From positions 1-54,421 of the forward strand of contig CAZOCS010000003.1 of NCBI GenBank assembly GCA_964578365.1: a stretch of DNA of 54,421 nt. The letters run 5' to 3'. The DNA is from an uncultured Candidatus Cloacimonadota bacterium (GTDB lineage Bacteria > Cloacimonadota > Cloacimonadia > Cloacimonadales > TCS61). This document shows positions 46,731-54,421 of this stretch, one piece after another. Position numbers and translations under genes: made by a program. The number at the start of each line of letters is the position of its first letter. Within the stretch, counting starts at the first letter, position 1. The notes beneath the pieces are model-generated. The model saw nothing but the letters and a program-made list of their open reading frames with translations, searched no databases and was not told the origin of the DNA.

Positions 46731-48395
46731 ATGCAATTAGTAGAATGTGTTCCGAATTTCAGTGAAGGGAAAGATATGAAGATCTTAGATGCCATTGCTG
46801 CTTCAATTAAGGCAGTAAAAGGTGTTACACTATTAGATGTTGATCCCGGAGAAACCACAAACCGCACCGTTTTTACAATGGTTGGTGAGCCGGATAATGT
46901 TGTAGAGGCTGCCTTTCAAGCTATAAAAAAGGCCAGTCAAATAATAGATATGACAAAACATAAAGGTGCTCATGCAAGAATGGGAGCTACAGACGTATGC
47001 CCGTTTGTACCTGTTGCTAATATGACAATGGAAGACTGCGTAAAACTTGCTCATAAGCTTGGGAAAAGAGTTGGTAAAGAACTTGAGATCCCTGTTTATT
47101 TATATGAATATGCTGCCACAAAACCGGAATGGAAAAATTTAGCCGAAGTGCGAAAGGGTGAATATGAAGCTCTTCCTCAGAAAATGAAAGATCCAAACTG
47201 GAAACCAGATTATGGTCCTCAAAAATTTAATGCAAAATCGGGAGCTACAGCAATTTCAGCTAGAGAATTCTTAATTGCATATAATATTAATTTAAATACA
47301 AGAGATAAGAAAAAAGCTCATGATATTGCACTCGATATTCGTGAACGTGGACGTTTTGCCAGAGATAAAAATAAAAAGCTTATCAAAGATGAAAATGGCA
47401 AAAAAGTTAAAAAGCCTGGTCTTTTTAAAGATTGCAAAGCAGTTGGCTGGTTTATTGATGATTTTAATCAGGCGCAAATCAGTATAAATCTTACAAATTA
47501 TAACGTTACCCCTGCTCATATCGTACTTGATAAAGTTCGTGAACTGGCATTAGCAAAAGGATTACAGGTTACAGGAAGTGAACTGGTTGGATTACTACCT
47601 AAAGCTGCAATTTTAGAATCAGGTAAATATTATCTGCAAAAAATGGGTGAAAGCGCAGGTGTCCCGGAACGAATGATCATTGAAACTGCTGTTCAAAGTA
47701 TGGGCTTAAAAGATGTTGCAGAATTTGATATTGATAAAAAAGTTATTGAATATGCAATTTCCAAAGAAGACGACTTGGTAAATATGACTTTAACTGAGTT
47801 TTGTGATGAACTTTCTACAGATTCTCCGGCTCCTGGCGGTGGAAGTGTTGCAGCTCTTTGTTCTGCTATGTCGGGTGCGCTTAGTGCAATGGTTTCTAAT
47901 CTAACATTTAACAAAAAAGGATATGAAAAAGTTTGGGAAGAAGCTAAAGAACTTTCCGTGATAGGGCAAAACATAAAAGAACGCTCATTAGTTGCTATAG
48001 ATAGTGACACTCAAGCTTTCTATGATATGATGGACGCTGCAAGATTACCTAAAAAAACCGATGAAGATAAAAAACTAAGATCTGAAGCTATTCAGGAAGC
48101 TACAAAAAGGGCTATTCTCGTTCCGTTGGAAACATTGAAAATTGCTTTGGAAGCTGTTGAGCTGGCAGCAAAAGTTGCAAAGATTGGTAATACAAATGCA
48201 CTGTCTGATGCGGGAGTGGCCGCAATTACAGCTAATGCAGCAGCAAAAAGCGCATACCTGAACGTGAAGATAAATATGGGCAGCATCGAAGATGAAACAT
48301 TCAAATTTGATATTCTCACAAAATCAGATGAGTTATTGGAAAAAACCAACAATTTCTCATTAAAAGTAGAAAAGGAGATTAAGGGGAACATTTAA
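46731..48395 (+). CDS. ftcD: Bifunctional glutamate formimidoyltransferase / formimidoyl-THF cyclodeaminase
   Basis: ECVPNFSEG, H.G.H.RMGATDVCPFVP, AREFLIAYN and GSELVGL motifs; C-terminal SPAPGGGS and NALSD cyclodeaminase domain. Confidence 0.93.
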   Translation: MQLVECVPNFSEGKDMKILDAIAASIKAVKGVTLLDVDPGETTNRTVFTMVGEPDNVVEAAFQAIKKASQIIDMTKHKGAHARMGATDVCPFVPVANMTMEDCVKLAHKLGKRVGKELEIPVYLYEYAATKPEWKNLAEVRKGEYEALPQKMKDPNWKPDYGPQKFNAKSGATAISAREFLIAYNINLNTRDKKKAHDIALDIRERGRFARDKNKKLIKDENGKKVKKPGLFKDCKAVGWFIDDFNQAQISINLTNYNVTPAHIVLDKVRELALAKGLQVTGSELVGLLPKAAILESGKYYLQKMGESAGVPERMIIETAVQSMGLKDVAEFDIDKKVIEYAISKEDDLVNMTLTEFCDELSTDSPAPGGGSVAALCSAMSGALSAMVSNLTFNKKGYEKVWEEAKELSVIGQNIKERSLVAIDSDTQAFYDMMDAARLPKKTDEDKKLRSEAIQEATKRAILVPLETLKIALEAVELAAKVAKIGNTNALSDAGVAAITANAAAKSAYLNVKINMGSIEDETFKFDILTKSDELLEKTNNFSLKVEKEIKGNI

Positions 48396-48449
48396 TAAAA
48401 TACTGAGCTCATAGAAAGCCGGTAATTTTAATGAGACTCTTAATTTATT

Positions 48450-48890
48450 ATGGATAATATTCAAAATCTAATACAATTAATGCAGTCAGCCATTTCTCCT
48501 ATCATTCTCATTTCTGGAGTTGGATTGCTTCTGCTTTCTTTCACAAATCGTCTGGGAAGAATAATCGATCGTTCTCGATATCTTGCAAAAGAAAAAGAAA
48601 ATGGAAATCAAAGTGAGATAATTCCAATTCAGATCAATATTCTTTATAAACGCGGTAAAATTTTGAGAACTGCCATAACAAGTATAGTTATAACCATACT
48701 ACTAGCCGGTTTGATGATCCTATTGCTGTTATTGGGCTATTTTACAGATTGGAATATAAAGCTTTTCTTTCTAAGTTTTTTCATTATTGCTATAATTTTG
48801 TTGATCATATCAGTAATACTTTTTCTGGTAGATATAACGATTAGCTTAAAGGCACTGAAAATACAAGTAAAAGGGCTAATCCTAAAATGA
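48450..48890 (+). CDS. DUF2721 family membrane protein
   Basis: Q.AISP..LISGVGLLLL..TNRLGR.IDR.R motif. Confidence 0.85.
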   Translation: MDNIQNLIQLMQSAISPIILISGVGLLLLSFTNRLGRIIDRSRYLAKEKENGNQSEIIPIQINILYKRGKILRTAITSIVITILLAGLMILLLLLGYFTDWNIKLFFLSFFIIAIILLIISVILFLVDITISLKALKIQVKGLILK

Positions 48891-49822
48891 AATACGAACA
48901 TCTCTTCGGTCCGGTTCCTTCACGCAGACTGGGAATTTCACTCGGTGTGGATCTGGTTCCACATAAAGTATGCAGTTTAAATTGTGTATATTGTGAAGTG
49001 GGAAAAACTACAAACCTCACAATTGAAAGAAAAGAGTACATTCCTTTAAATGATATTTTAACTGAATTGAAAAGCTATCTCGATAATGACCCGAAACTTG
49101 ATTACATTACATTCTCAGGTGCCGGAGAACCGCTTCTTCATAGTGGCATAGGTAAGATTATTACCTTTATTAAAGAAAATTATCCGCAATTTAAACTGGC
49201 ACTTCTTACAAATTCTACCTTACTTTACGATGATAATGTAAGAAATGAAATTTTGGCTATAGATTTGCTTCTTCCCTCTCTAGATGCTGTTAGCGAAAAA
49301 GTTTTCAAAAAATTGAATCGTCCAAATTCGAAATTAGATAATAAAAAGATCATTGAGGGATTAATAAAATTCAGCGAAAGTTTTCTGGGGAAAATATGGC
49401 TGGAAGTTTTTATTGTTCCCGGTTTGAATGATACTATAGAAGAGCTCGAACTTCTCAAAAGTGTTATAAAGGAAATATCTCCAGATCAAGTGCAGTTAAA
49501 TACTTTAGATCGGCCTGGTACCGAAAGCTGGATAGAACCGGTTTCAAAAAACAGAATGGAAGAGATCGCTGAGTTATTAAAACCATTACCTGTTGAAATA
49601 ATCGCAAAATTTCAATCCAGAAACAAGATCAGAAGTTATCACAAAGACGTTGAGCAGCAAATAATTGAAACAATTAAGCGTAGACCCTGCACAGATAAAG
49701 ATCTTTCGGAAATGCTAGGACTTCACATAAACGAGATCAATAAATATCTCAGCGAACTTTTACATGAGGGCTCTGTTACTTCTCAACAACAAGAAAGAGG
49801 TTTATTCTTCCGTGCAAAATGA
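48887..49822 (+). CDS. Radical SAM protein
   Basis: FGPVPSRRLG.SLG.D, CSLNCVYC (CxxxCxxC), SG.GEP, LTN and SLDA motifs. Confidence 0.92.
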   Translation: MKYEHLFGPVPSRRLGISLGVDLVPHKVCSLNCVYCEVGKTTNLTIERKEYIPLNDILTELKSYLDNDPKLDYITFSGAGEPLLHSGIGKIITFIKENYPQFKLALLTNSTLLYDDNVRNEILAIDLLLPSLDAVSEKVFKKLNRPNSKLDNKKIIEGLIKFSESFLGKIWLEVFIVPGLNDTIEELELLKSVIKEISPDQVQLNTLDRPGTESWIEPVSKNRMEEIAELLKPLPVEIIAKFQSRNKIRSYHKDVEQQIIETIKRRPCTDKDLSEMLGLHINEINKYLSELLHEGSVTSQQQERGLFFRAK

Positions 49823-50369
49823 TAAGATCAAAAAACTTATTGGATCTGAATTTGAACTTCATCCCGAAGCCCAACTAGTAGATTATTACAAACTTTTTTT
49901 CCAGGGAACATTCGGTCCCGGACATATCATCCCAAACCGAACCTCTGCTAAAAAATTTCTTAAAAATGAGCTAGATGTATCTTCCATTTTTGAGGAACAA
50001 GATTTTCAAGATATCAGCTATTTCAATAACTTTTATAGAGTCAATCTGAATATTATCAATAAAGGGATAATAACTTTTGATGATTTTCTAAATGCATTTC
50101 TTAAGAGTGCAAAAATTGAAAATGAAATAAGCTACAAGAAATGGTTAATCCATTGGGAAAATATTGAACACCAAATCTTAGTAATGAAACTTCCAATTGA
50201 AAATGTTGATGCGCAATCAGCAGAATTGCAGAAAATCATTAAAAACCAACAACTTGTAAGTCATAGTGATATCTACCGCACAAACTACTCACCCCATTAT
50301 CGCTTGATCAACTTAAAACAATTTCAAAGATTTAATTCATGTATCAATCAAGGAGAAATTAATGTTTGA
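49812..50369 (+). CDS. Hypothetical protein
   Basis: HP..Q..D.YKL..Q...GPGH and SHS..YR..Y.P.YR pattern; start uncertain (GTG 49812 preferred over ATG 49764). Confidence 0.65.
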   Translation: MQNDKIKKLIGSEFELHPEAQLVDYYKLFFQGTFGPGHIIPNRTSAKKFLKNELDVSSIFEEQDFQDISYFNNFYRVNLNIINKGIITFDDFLNAFLKSAKIENEISYKKWLIHWENIEHQILVMKLPIENVDAQSAELQKIIKNQQLVSHSDIYRTNYSPHYRLINLKQFQRFNSCINQGEINV

Positions 50370-51501
50370 ATATCAACAGCATGGAAAATTCTTTGCGCAA
50401 GTAGCCGGTTCGATGGAAGATCTTGGTGCAGCGGAATTGAAAGAGTTCGGTGCAAAAGAAATAGCTCCGGTTTATCGGGGAGTCCACTTCAAAACTGATC
50501 TTTCTCATCTTTATCGAATTAATTTTCAAAGTAAATTCATCAGCCGGATTCTGGCTCCACTGATCACTTTTGATTGCCACAGCACAAAATATCTTTATAG
50601 TACAGCTTCAAAGATCGAGTGGGATAAATTTTTGGATAATAACAAAACTTTTGCGATCTACTCAAATGTTTCTAATAGTAAAATTACTCATTCCAGATAT
50701 GCGAGTCTTGTATTAAAGGATGCAATTGCAGATTTCTTCACAGAAAAATATAATAAACGCCCCGATATTGATACTAAATCTCCGGATGTTGTGTTCAACC
50801 TTTTCATTTATAAAAACAGAGCAACTATTAGTTTAGATACTTCGGGAGAGCCGCTTCATAAGCGAGGTTACAGGCAAAGCAAAGGATCGGCCCCAATGCA
50901 GGAAACCCTGGCAGCTGCCATAGTTAATCTTTCCGGTTGGAAGGGTGATAAACCACTATACGACCCAATGTGCGGCAGTGGTACACTTTTATGCGAAGCA
51001 TTAATGAATTATTGCAGAATACCTTCAGGATTTAAAAGAAAAAGATTTGGATTTGAAAATCTACCAGAATTTGATGAGAAAGAATGGAAGATGATTCGCG
51101 ATAACAGCACTAAGCATATTCGAGATCTTCCGAATGATCTGATCTTTGGAAGTGATATGAGCTACTTTGCTATCGAAGATTCCAAATTGAATTTTAAAAC
51201 TCTTCCTTCTGCACAAAACATAAATCTAAAACAAACTGATTTCATGTCTCTTCCAGAAATTCATGATTCAGTTATTATCTGCAATCCTCCCTACGGAATT
51301 AGATTAGGAACAAAAGAATCAACATCGGAATTATATAAAAATCTGGGTGACTTTCTAAAACAAAAATGCAGGGGCAGCACGGCATATATTTATGTTGGAG
51401 ATAAAGAACTGATCCCGGCTATTGGATTAAAGCCATCTTTTAAACGTCCATTAAAAAATGGAAATCTAGATGGAAGATTATTAAAGATAGAGGTTTATTA
51501 A
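50362..51501 (+). CDS. THUMP-domain class I SAM-dependent RNA methyltransferase (RlmL-like)
   Basis: SLD.SG..LHKRGYR, AP..ETLAAA, DPMCGSGT and NPPYG.R motifs. Confidence 0.9.
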   Translation: MFEYQQHGKFFAQVAGSMEDLGAAELKEFGAKEIAPVYRGVHFKTDLSHLYRINFQSKFISRILAPLITFDCHSTKYLYSTASKIEWDKFLDNNKTFAIYSNVSNSKITHSRYASLVLKDAIADFFTEKYNKRPDIDTKSPDVVFNLFIYKNRATISLDTSGEPLHKRGYRQSKGSAPMQETLAAAIVNLSGWKGDKPLYDPMCGSGTLLCEALMNYCRIPSGFKRKRFGFENLPEFDEKEWKMIRDNSTKHIRDLPNDLIFGSDMSYFAIEDSKLNFKTLPSAQNINLKQTDFMSLPEIHDSVIICNPPYGIRLGTKESTSELYKNLGDFLKQKCRGSTAYIYVGDKELIPAIGLKPSFKRPLKNGNLDGRLLKIEVY

Positions 51502-51579
51502 TTGTAATTATTATCCAAAATTCTTGACGTGAGTTCATTTTGCATAAATTAAATCTTAAGAATTATATAGGAGGCTGAA

Positions 51580-52707
51580 ATGAGAGCAAAAAAAGTACTC
51601 ATTTTTTCATTATTTTTATTTATTTTCTTTTCCTGTTTTGCCCAGGAAATTCAATTTAACAAAGTAGATCCAACAACTAAATTAACTGAGGGACCTTATA
51701 TATTCTGGGATAATGAGACAGCGACAATTAAGTACATTTTAAATGATAATTATGTCTCACAGGATATTACTGTCCGTGGAGAGGGTTTATTTTCTTTCAA
51801 TCTTGAAGGATTCGAAGGAGATTTTGAAATATCATCATATCCCCCTAAAATCAATCCAAGCACATATTCCGATATTTCTAAATTCTTTGTTATCAGTGAT
51901 ATTCACGGCCAATATGACCGGATGGTAGAGATCCTGAAGAATAATAGAATAATTGATGCAAATCTTGATTGGGCCTGGGGTGAAGGTCATCTTATTATTT
52001 TGGGAGATGTTTTTGATCGCGGAGATAAAGTTACAGAATGCCTATGGCTCATTCATAAATTAGAAATGCAAGCCGAAAATTGGAGAGGACAAGTACATTA
52101 TCTTCTTGGAAATCATGAAATAATGGTCTTGCAGAACAATGAGAAATATGTTCATGACAGATACAAAAAAACTGCGGAACTTATGAAGATGAAAGTTAGT
52201 GACCTTTATTCTGCCAATTCAGAATTCGGACGCTGGCTCAGAACTAAGCATACAATTATTAAATTGAATGATGTTCTCTTTGTTCATGCTGGTATTCATC
52301 CAAGGCTTACTTATTATAACTACAACTTTCCAGCTGTGAACAACAGCATCCGTATAAATATAGATGCTTCTAAAGATAAAATAAAATACAATGAATTACT
52401 AAATTTTCTTTTTGGAAGTGATGGTCCTCTGTGGTACCGTGGATATTTTGAAGACACAAAAACATCCACTCAGATCAGGCAAGATCAATTATTAGAATTA
52501 TTAAGTAATATGGGAGTAAACAAAATAGTGGTTGGACACACTACACAAGATTTTATAAATCCATTTTTTAAAGATAGTGTGATTCCTGTTGACACAGGTT
52601 TAAAAACCGGAAATAAAGGTGAAGCACTTCTTTATGAGAATGGAATTTATTATCGGGTGAAAGCAAATGCATATAAAGAACAATTAATATTTCCAATAGA
52701 GCCATAA
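51580..52707 (+). CDS. Secreted metallophosphoesterase (calcineurin-like, Shewanella-like phosphatase type)
   Basis: Signal peptide; SDIHG, GD.FDRG, GNHE, FVHAG, GPLWYRG, VGHT and DTG motifs. Confidence 0.92.
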   Translation: MRAKKVLIFSLFLFIFFSCFAQEIQFNKVDPTTKLTEGPYIFWDNETATIKYILNDNYVSQDITVRGEGLFSFNLEGFEGDFEISSYPPKINPSTYSDISKFFVISDIHGQYDRMVEILKNNRIIDANLDWAWGEGHLIILGDVFDRGDKVTECLWLIHKLEMQAENWRGQVHYLLGNHEIMVLQNNEKYVHDRYKKTAELMKMKVSDLYSANSEFGRWLRTKHTIIKLNDVLFVHAGIHPRLTYYNYNFPAVNNSIRINIDASKDKIKYNELLNFLFGSDGPLWYRGYFEDTKTSTQIRQDQLLELLSNMGVNKIVVGHTTQDFINPFFKDSVIPVDTGLKTGNKGEALLYENGIYYRVKANAYKEQLIFPIEP

Positions 52708-52727
52708 TAAGAGAGGGAGGTTTGAAA

Positions 52728-53348
52728 GTGAAAAAGATTATAATTTTAGTTATTTTTGCTTCTTTGCTTATAGTAGGATGTGGAAAACTTGATAAGGCTA
52801 AAAAAGCTATAGATACTGTTAAACAAGTTGCAGAGATAGCAGAGGATACAGCTGAATCATTTAAGGATATGGATGAAGAAGAGATTAAAAAGATTAAGTT
52901 AAAAGAAAAAGAAGTAATATCTTTTTTTAAGAATATTACAAAAATAAAGGATAAATATCCTGACATTCATTTTCAGGTTGCCCAAGTTGCATTTTTAGAA
53001 GCTATAGGTGTTGGCAAGGATTTGAAGGATATCGTAAATAAAGAAATGAGTATGTCTTTTGAAGAATACACAAGACTTTCTACAGTAATAACATTTGCAG
53101 AAGCTACAGGTGTAGGACTTCAATTATCAGAAGCTATGTACGAACAAATGCTCCTCGGAAAAGAAACTTTGGAATCTCGATTAAAGGCTTTTCCTTCTGC
53201 TGAGGAAAAAGAAGAATTAGAAAAAGCTCTTGCAGAAGCAGAGCAGGAAATAGAAAAATTTGAAGAAGAAATGAATAAAGACGAGTTTGCTAACATTAAA
53301 CATAATTATGATCTAATTCTTAAGATCAAAGAAGAGATGGATATCTAG
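52728..53348 (+). CDS. Hypothetical lipoprotein
   Basis: Lipobox LIVGC; GGAGG RBS; start GTG 52728 or TTG 52722; helical and acidic. Confidence 0.7.
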   Translation: MKKIIILVIFASLLIVGCGKLDKAKKAIDTVKQVAEIAEDTAESFKDMDEEEIKKIKLKEKEVISFFKNITKIKDKYPDIHFQVAQVAFLEAIGVGKDLKDIVNKEMSMSFEEYTRLSTVITFAEATGVGLQLSEAMYEQMLLGKETLESRLKAFPSAEEKEELEKALAEAEQEIEKFEEEMNKDEFANIKHNYDLILKIKEEMDI

Positions 53349-53371
53349 TTTAGCAACAATAATTTGTTTAT

Positions 53372-53400
53372 AAGGATGGATTTATGGCTCATCCTTTTTT
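53372..53400 (+). terminator. Probable intrinsic terminator
   Basis: AAGGATG / CATCCTT stem followed by a T-tract. Confidence 0.55.
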
Positions 53401-53479
53401 CTTTGGAAAAAAATAGAAAATAGCATTGTAATAGTAATTTAAGAAAACATAATATAATCTGGCTTTATATTCATCATTT

Positions 53480-53510
53480 AAGTTCCGAAATCTTTCGGAA
53501 CTTTTTTTTT
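53480..53510 (+). terminator. Palindrome with T-tract (terminator or repeat element)
   Basis: AAGTTCCGAAA-tc-TTTCGGAACTT followed by a T run; resembles TCCCGAAGTCTTTCGGGA at 19138-19155. Confidence 0.5.
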
Positions 53511-53530
53511 ACAATGTATTAAAATAAAAC

Positions 53531-53559
53531 TTGCATTTTGCACATATGTTCATTATATT
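53531..53559 (+). promoter_or_regulatory. Sigma-70-type promoter with palindromic operator in the spacer
   Basis: TTGCAT-17 nt-TATATT; TGCACATATGTTCA dyad (6 of 7 pairs) at 53539-53552. Confidence 0.6.
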
Positions 53560-53587
53560 GTCTTAAGAAATTAATAAAGGAGTATTT

Positions 53588-54043
53588 ATGCCTAGAAGGA
53601 AAATGCAAAGGATAGTTCACAGACCACCACTTTATACAGATTTTAAACCTATTGGTATAAGAAGATCATCATTAGATTCAATTGAACTGTCAATTGATGA
53701 ATATGAAGCAATTCGGCTTGCAGACAAACTTGGCATGAATCATAATAATGCTGCTGAAGAGATGGAAATATCTCGCTCCACCTTTACACGGTTAATTGAA
53801 AATGCACGTAAAAAGATTGCAGAATTCATCATTGAAGGTAAACATCTTCAAATTGATGGTGGCAATATTCATTTCCGGGGAAATATTATAAAATGCAATT
53901 CTTGTGGGCATATGTTCAATACAAATTTTGAAAGCGAAATCATTAAATGCCCTTCCTGCGGCTCAGATAACCTAGTAGATCTGGCAGGAGGATTCGGTCA
54001 TGGAAGATGTTGCAGTCATAGCAATAATGGAAGAAGGAGGTAA
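53588..54043 (+). CDS. DUF134 family HTH protein with C-terminal Zn ribbon
   Basis: MPR..., FKP.G, DEYEAIRL.D, AA..M.ISR.TF.R....AR.K.A..I..GK.L.I.GG; CxxC...CPxC. Confidence 0.9.
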   Translation: MPRRKMQRIVHRPPLYTDFKPIGIRRSSLDSIELSIDEYEAIRLADKLGMNHNNAAEEMEISRSTFTRLIENARKKIAEFIIEGKHLQIDGGNIHFRGNIIKCNSCGHMFNTNFESEIIKCPSCGSDNLVDLAGGFGHGRCCSHSNNGRRR

Positions 54044-54045
54044 TT

Positions 54046-54372
54046 ATGCCAAGAGGTGATAGAAGAGGTCCGGGAGGAATGGGATCAATGACAGGTAGAG
54101 GTTTAGGATATTGTAATGGTTATGAAAATCCAGGATATACAAAAGGTGCTTCACGTGGTGGTGCAGATTTTGGAAGAGGATTCGGTCGTGGTTTTGGAAG
54201 AGGTTACGGACGAGGATTCGAAAATAGGGGATTTACTAATTTTCCGAATTATCCAGTTCAACAGTATTCGGTTAAAGATGAAGAAAAATATCTTAAATCA
54301 GAAATGGATGCACTAAAAGAAGAACTAAAAACAATAAAAGCAAGACTCTCCGAATTGAAAAAGGACGAGTAA
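54046..54372 (+). CDS. DUF5320 family protein
   Basis: MPRGD..GP.G.G.MTGRG.GYC.G, GRGF repeats and C-terminal coiled coil. Confidence 0.88.
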   Translation: MPRGDRRGPGGMGSMTGRGLGYCNGYENPGYTKGASRGGADFGRGFGRGFGRGYGRGFENRGFTNFPNYPVQQYSVKDEEKYLKSEMDALKEELKTIKARLSELKKDE

Positions 54373-54380
54373 TGTGGAAT

Positions 54381-54421
54381 GCGGCAGGGGTTGAATCTCT
54401 CCTCCTCTGCCGCTATTTTTT
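54381..54421 (+). terminator. Probable intrinsic terminator
   Basis: GCGGCAGGGG / CCTCTGCCGC stem followed by TATTTTTT at the window end. Confidence 0.6.

Overview
AT-rich bacterial window, probably from an anaerobe. Secreted proteins ending in an NYPNPFNP...GxYxY...K(M)xLxK C-terminal domain (FlgD-like/T9SS-type CTD) suggest Candidatus Cloacimonadota or a related FCB-group lineage; this assignment is an inference. Layout: (1) 137-13557, a purine-catabolism-like cluster (atypical carbamoyltransferase, carbamate kinase, two fold-type-II PLP enzymes, two xanthine-dehydrogenase-family Mo-hydroxylase sets, NCS2 permease); (2) 13.6-18 kb, an accessory region with a textbook sigma-54 promoter, an unannotated small ORF, short repeats, FRG and M23 genes; (3) rplM-rpsI-rpsB-tsf-pyrH-frr-ferredoxin; (4) a mostly minus-strand block of envelope and accessory genes; (5) rpmE-DUF1385-prfA-CNNM-ftcD and further housekeeping genes, ending in DUF134-DUF5320. 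Main finding: the minus-strand ORFs 29664..30335 and 28161..29492 are one continuous frame interrupted only by an in-frame UGA in the context C-E-Y-G-UGA-T-P-P, followed by a foldable hairpin. This is a candidate 724-aa secreted selenoprotein with a signal peptide, beta-helix domains and a CTD; a nonsense mutation cannot be excluded from the sequence alone. No rRNA, tRNA, CRISPR array or transposase was recognised.
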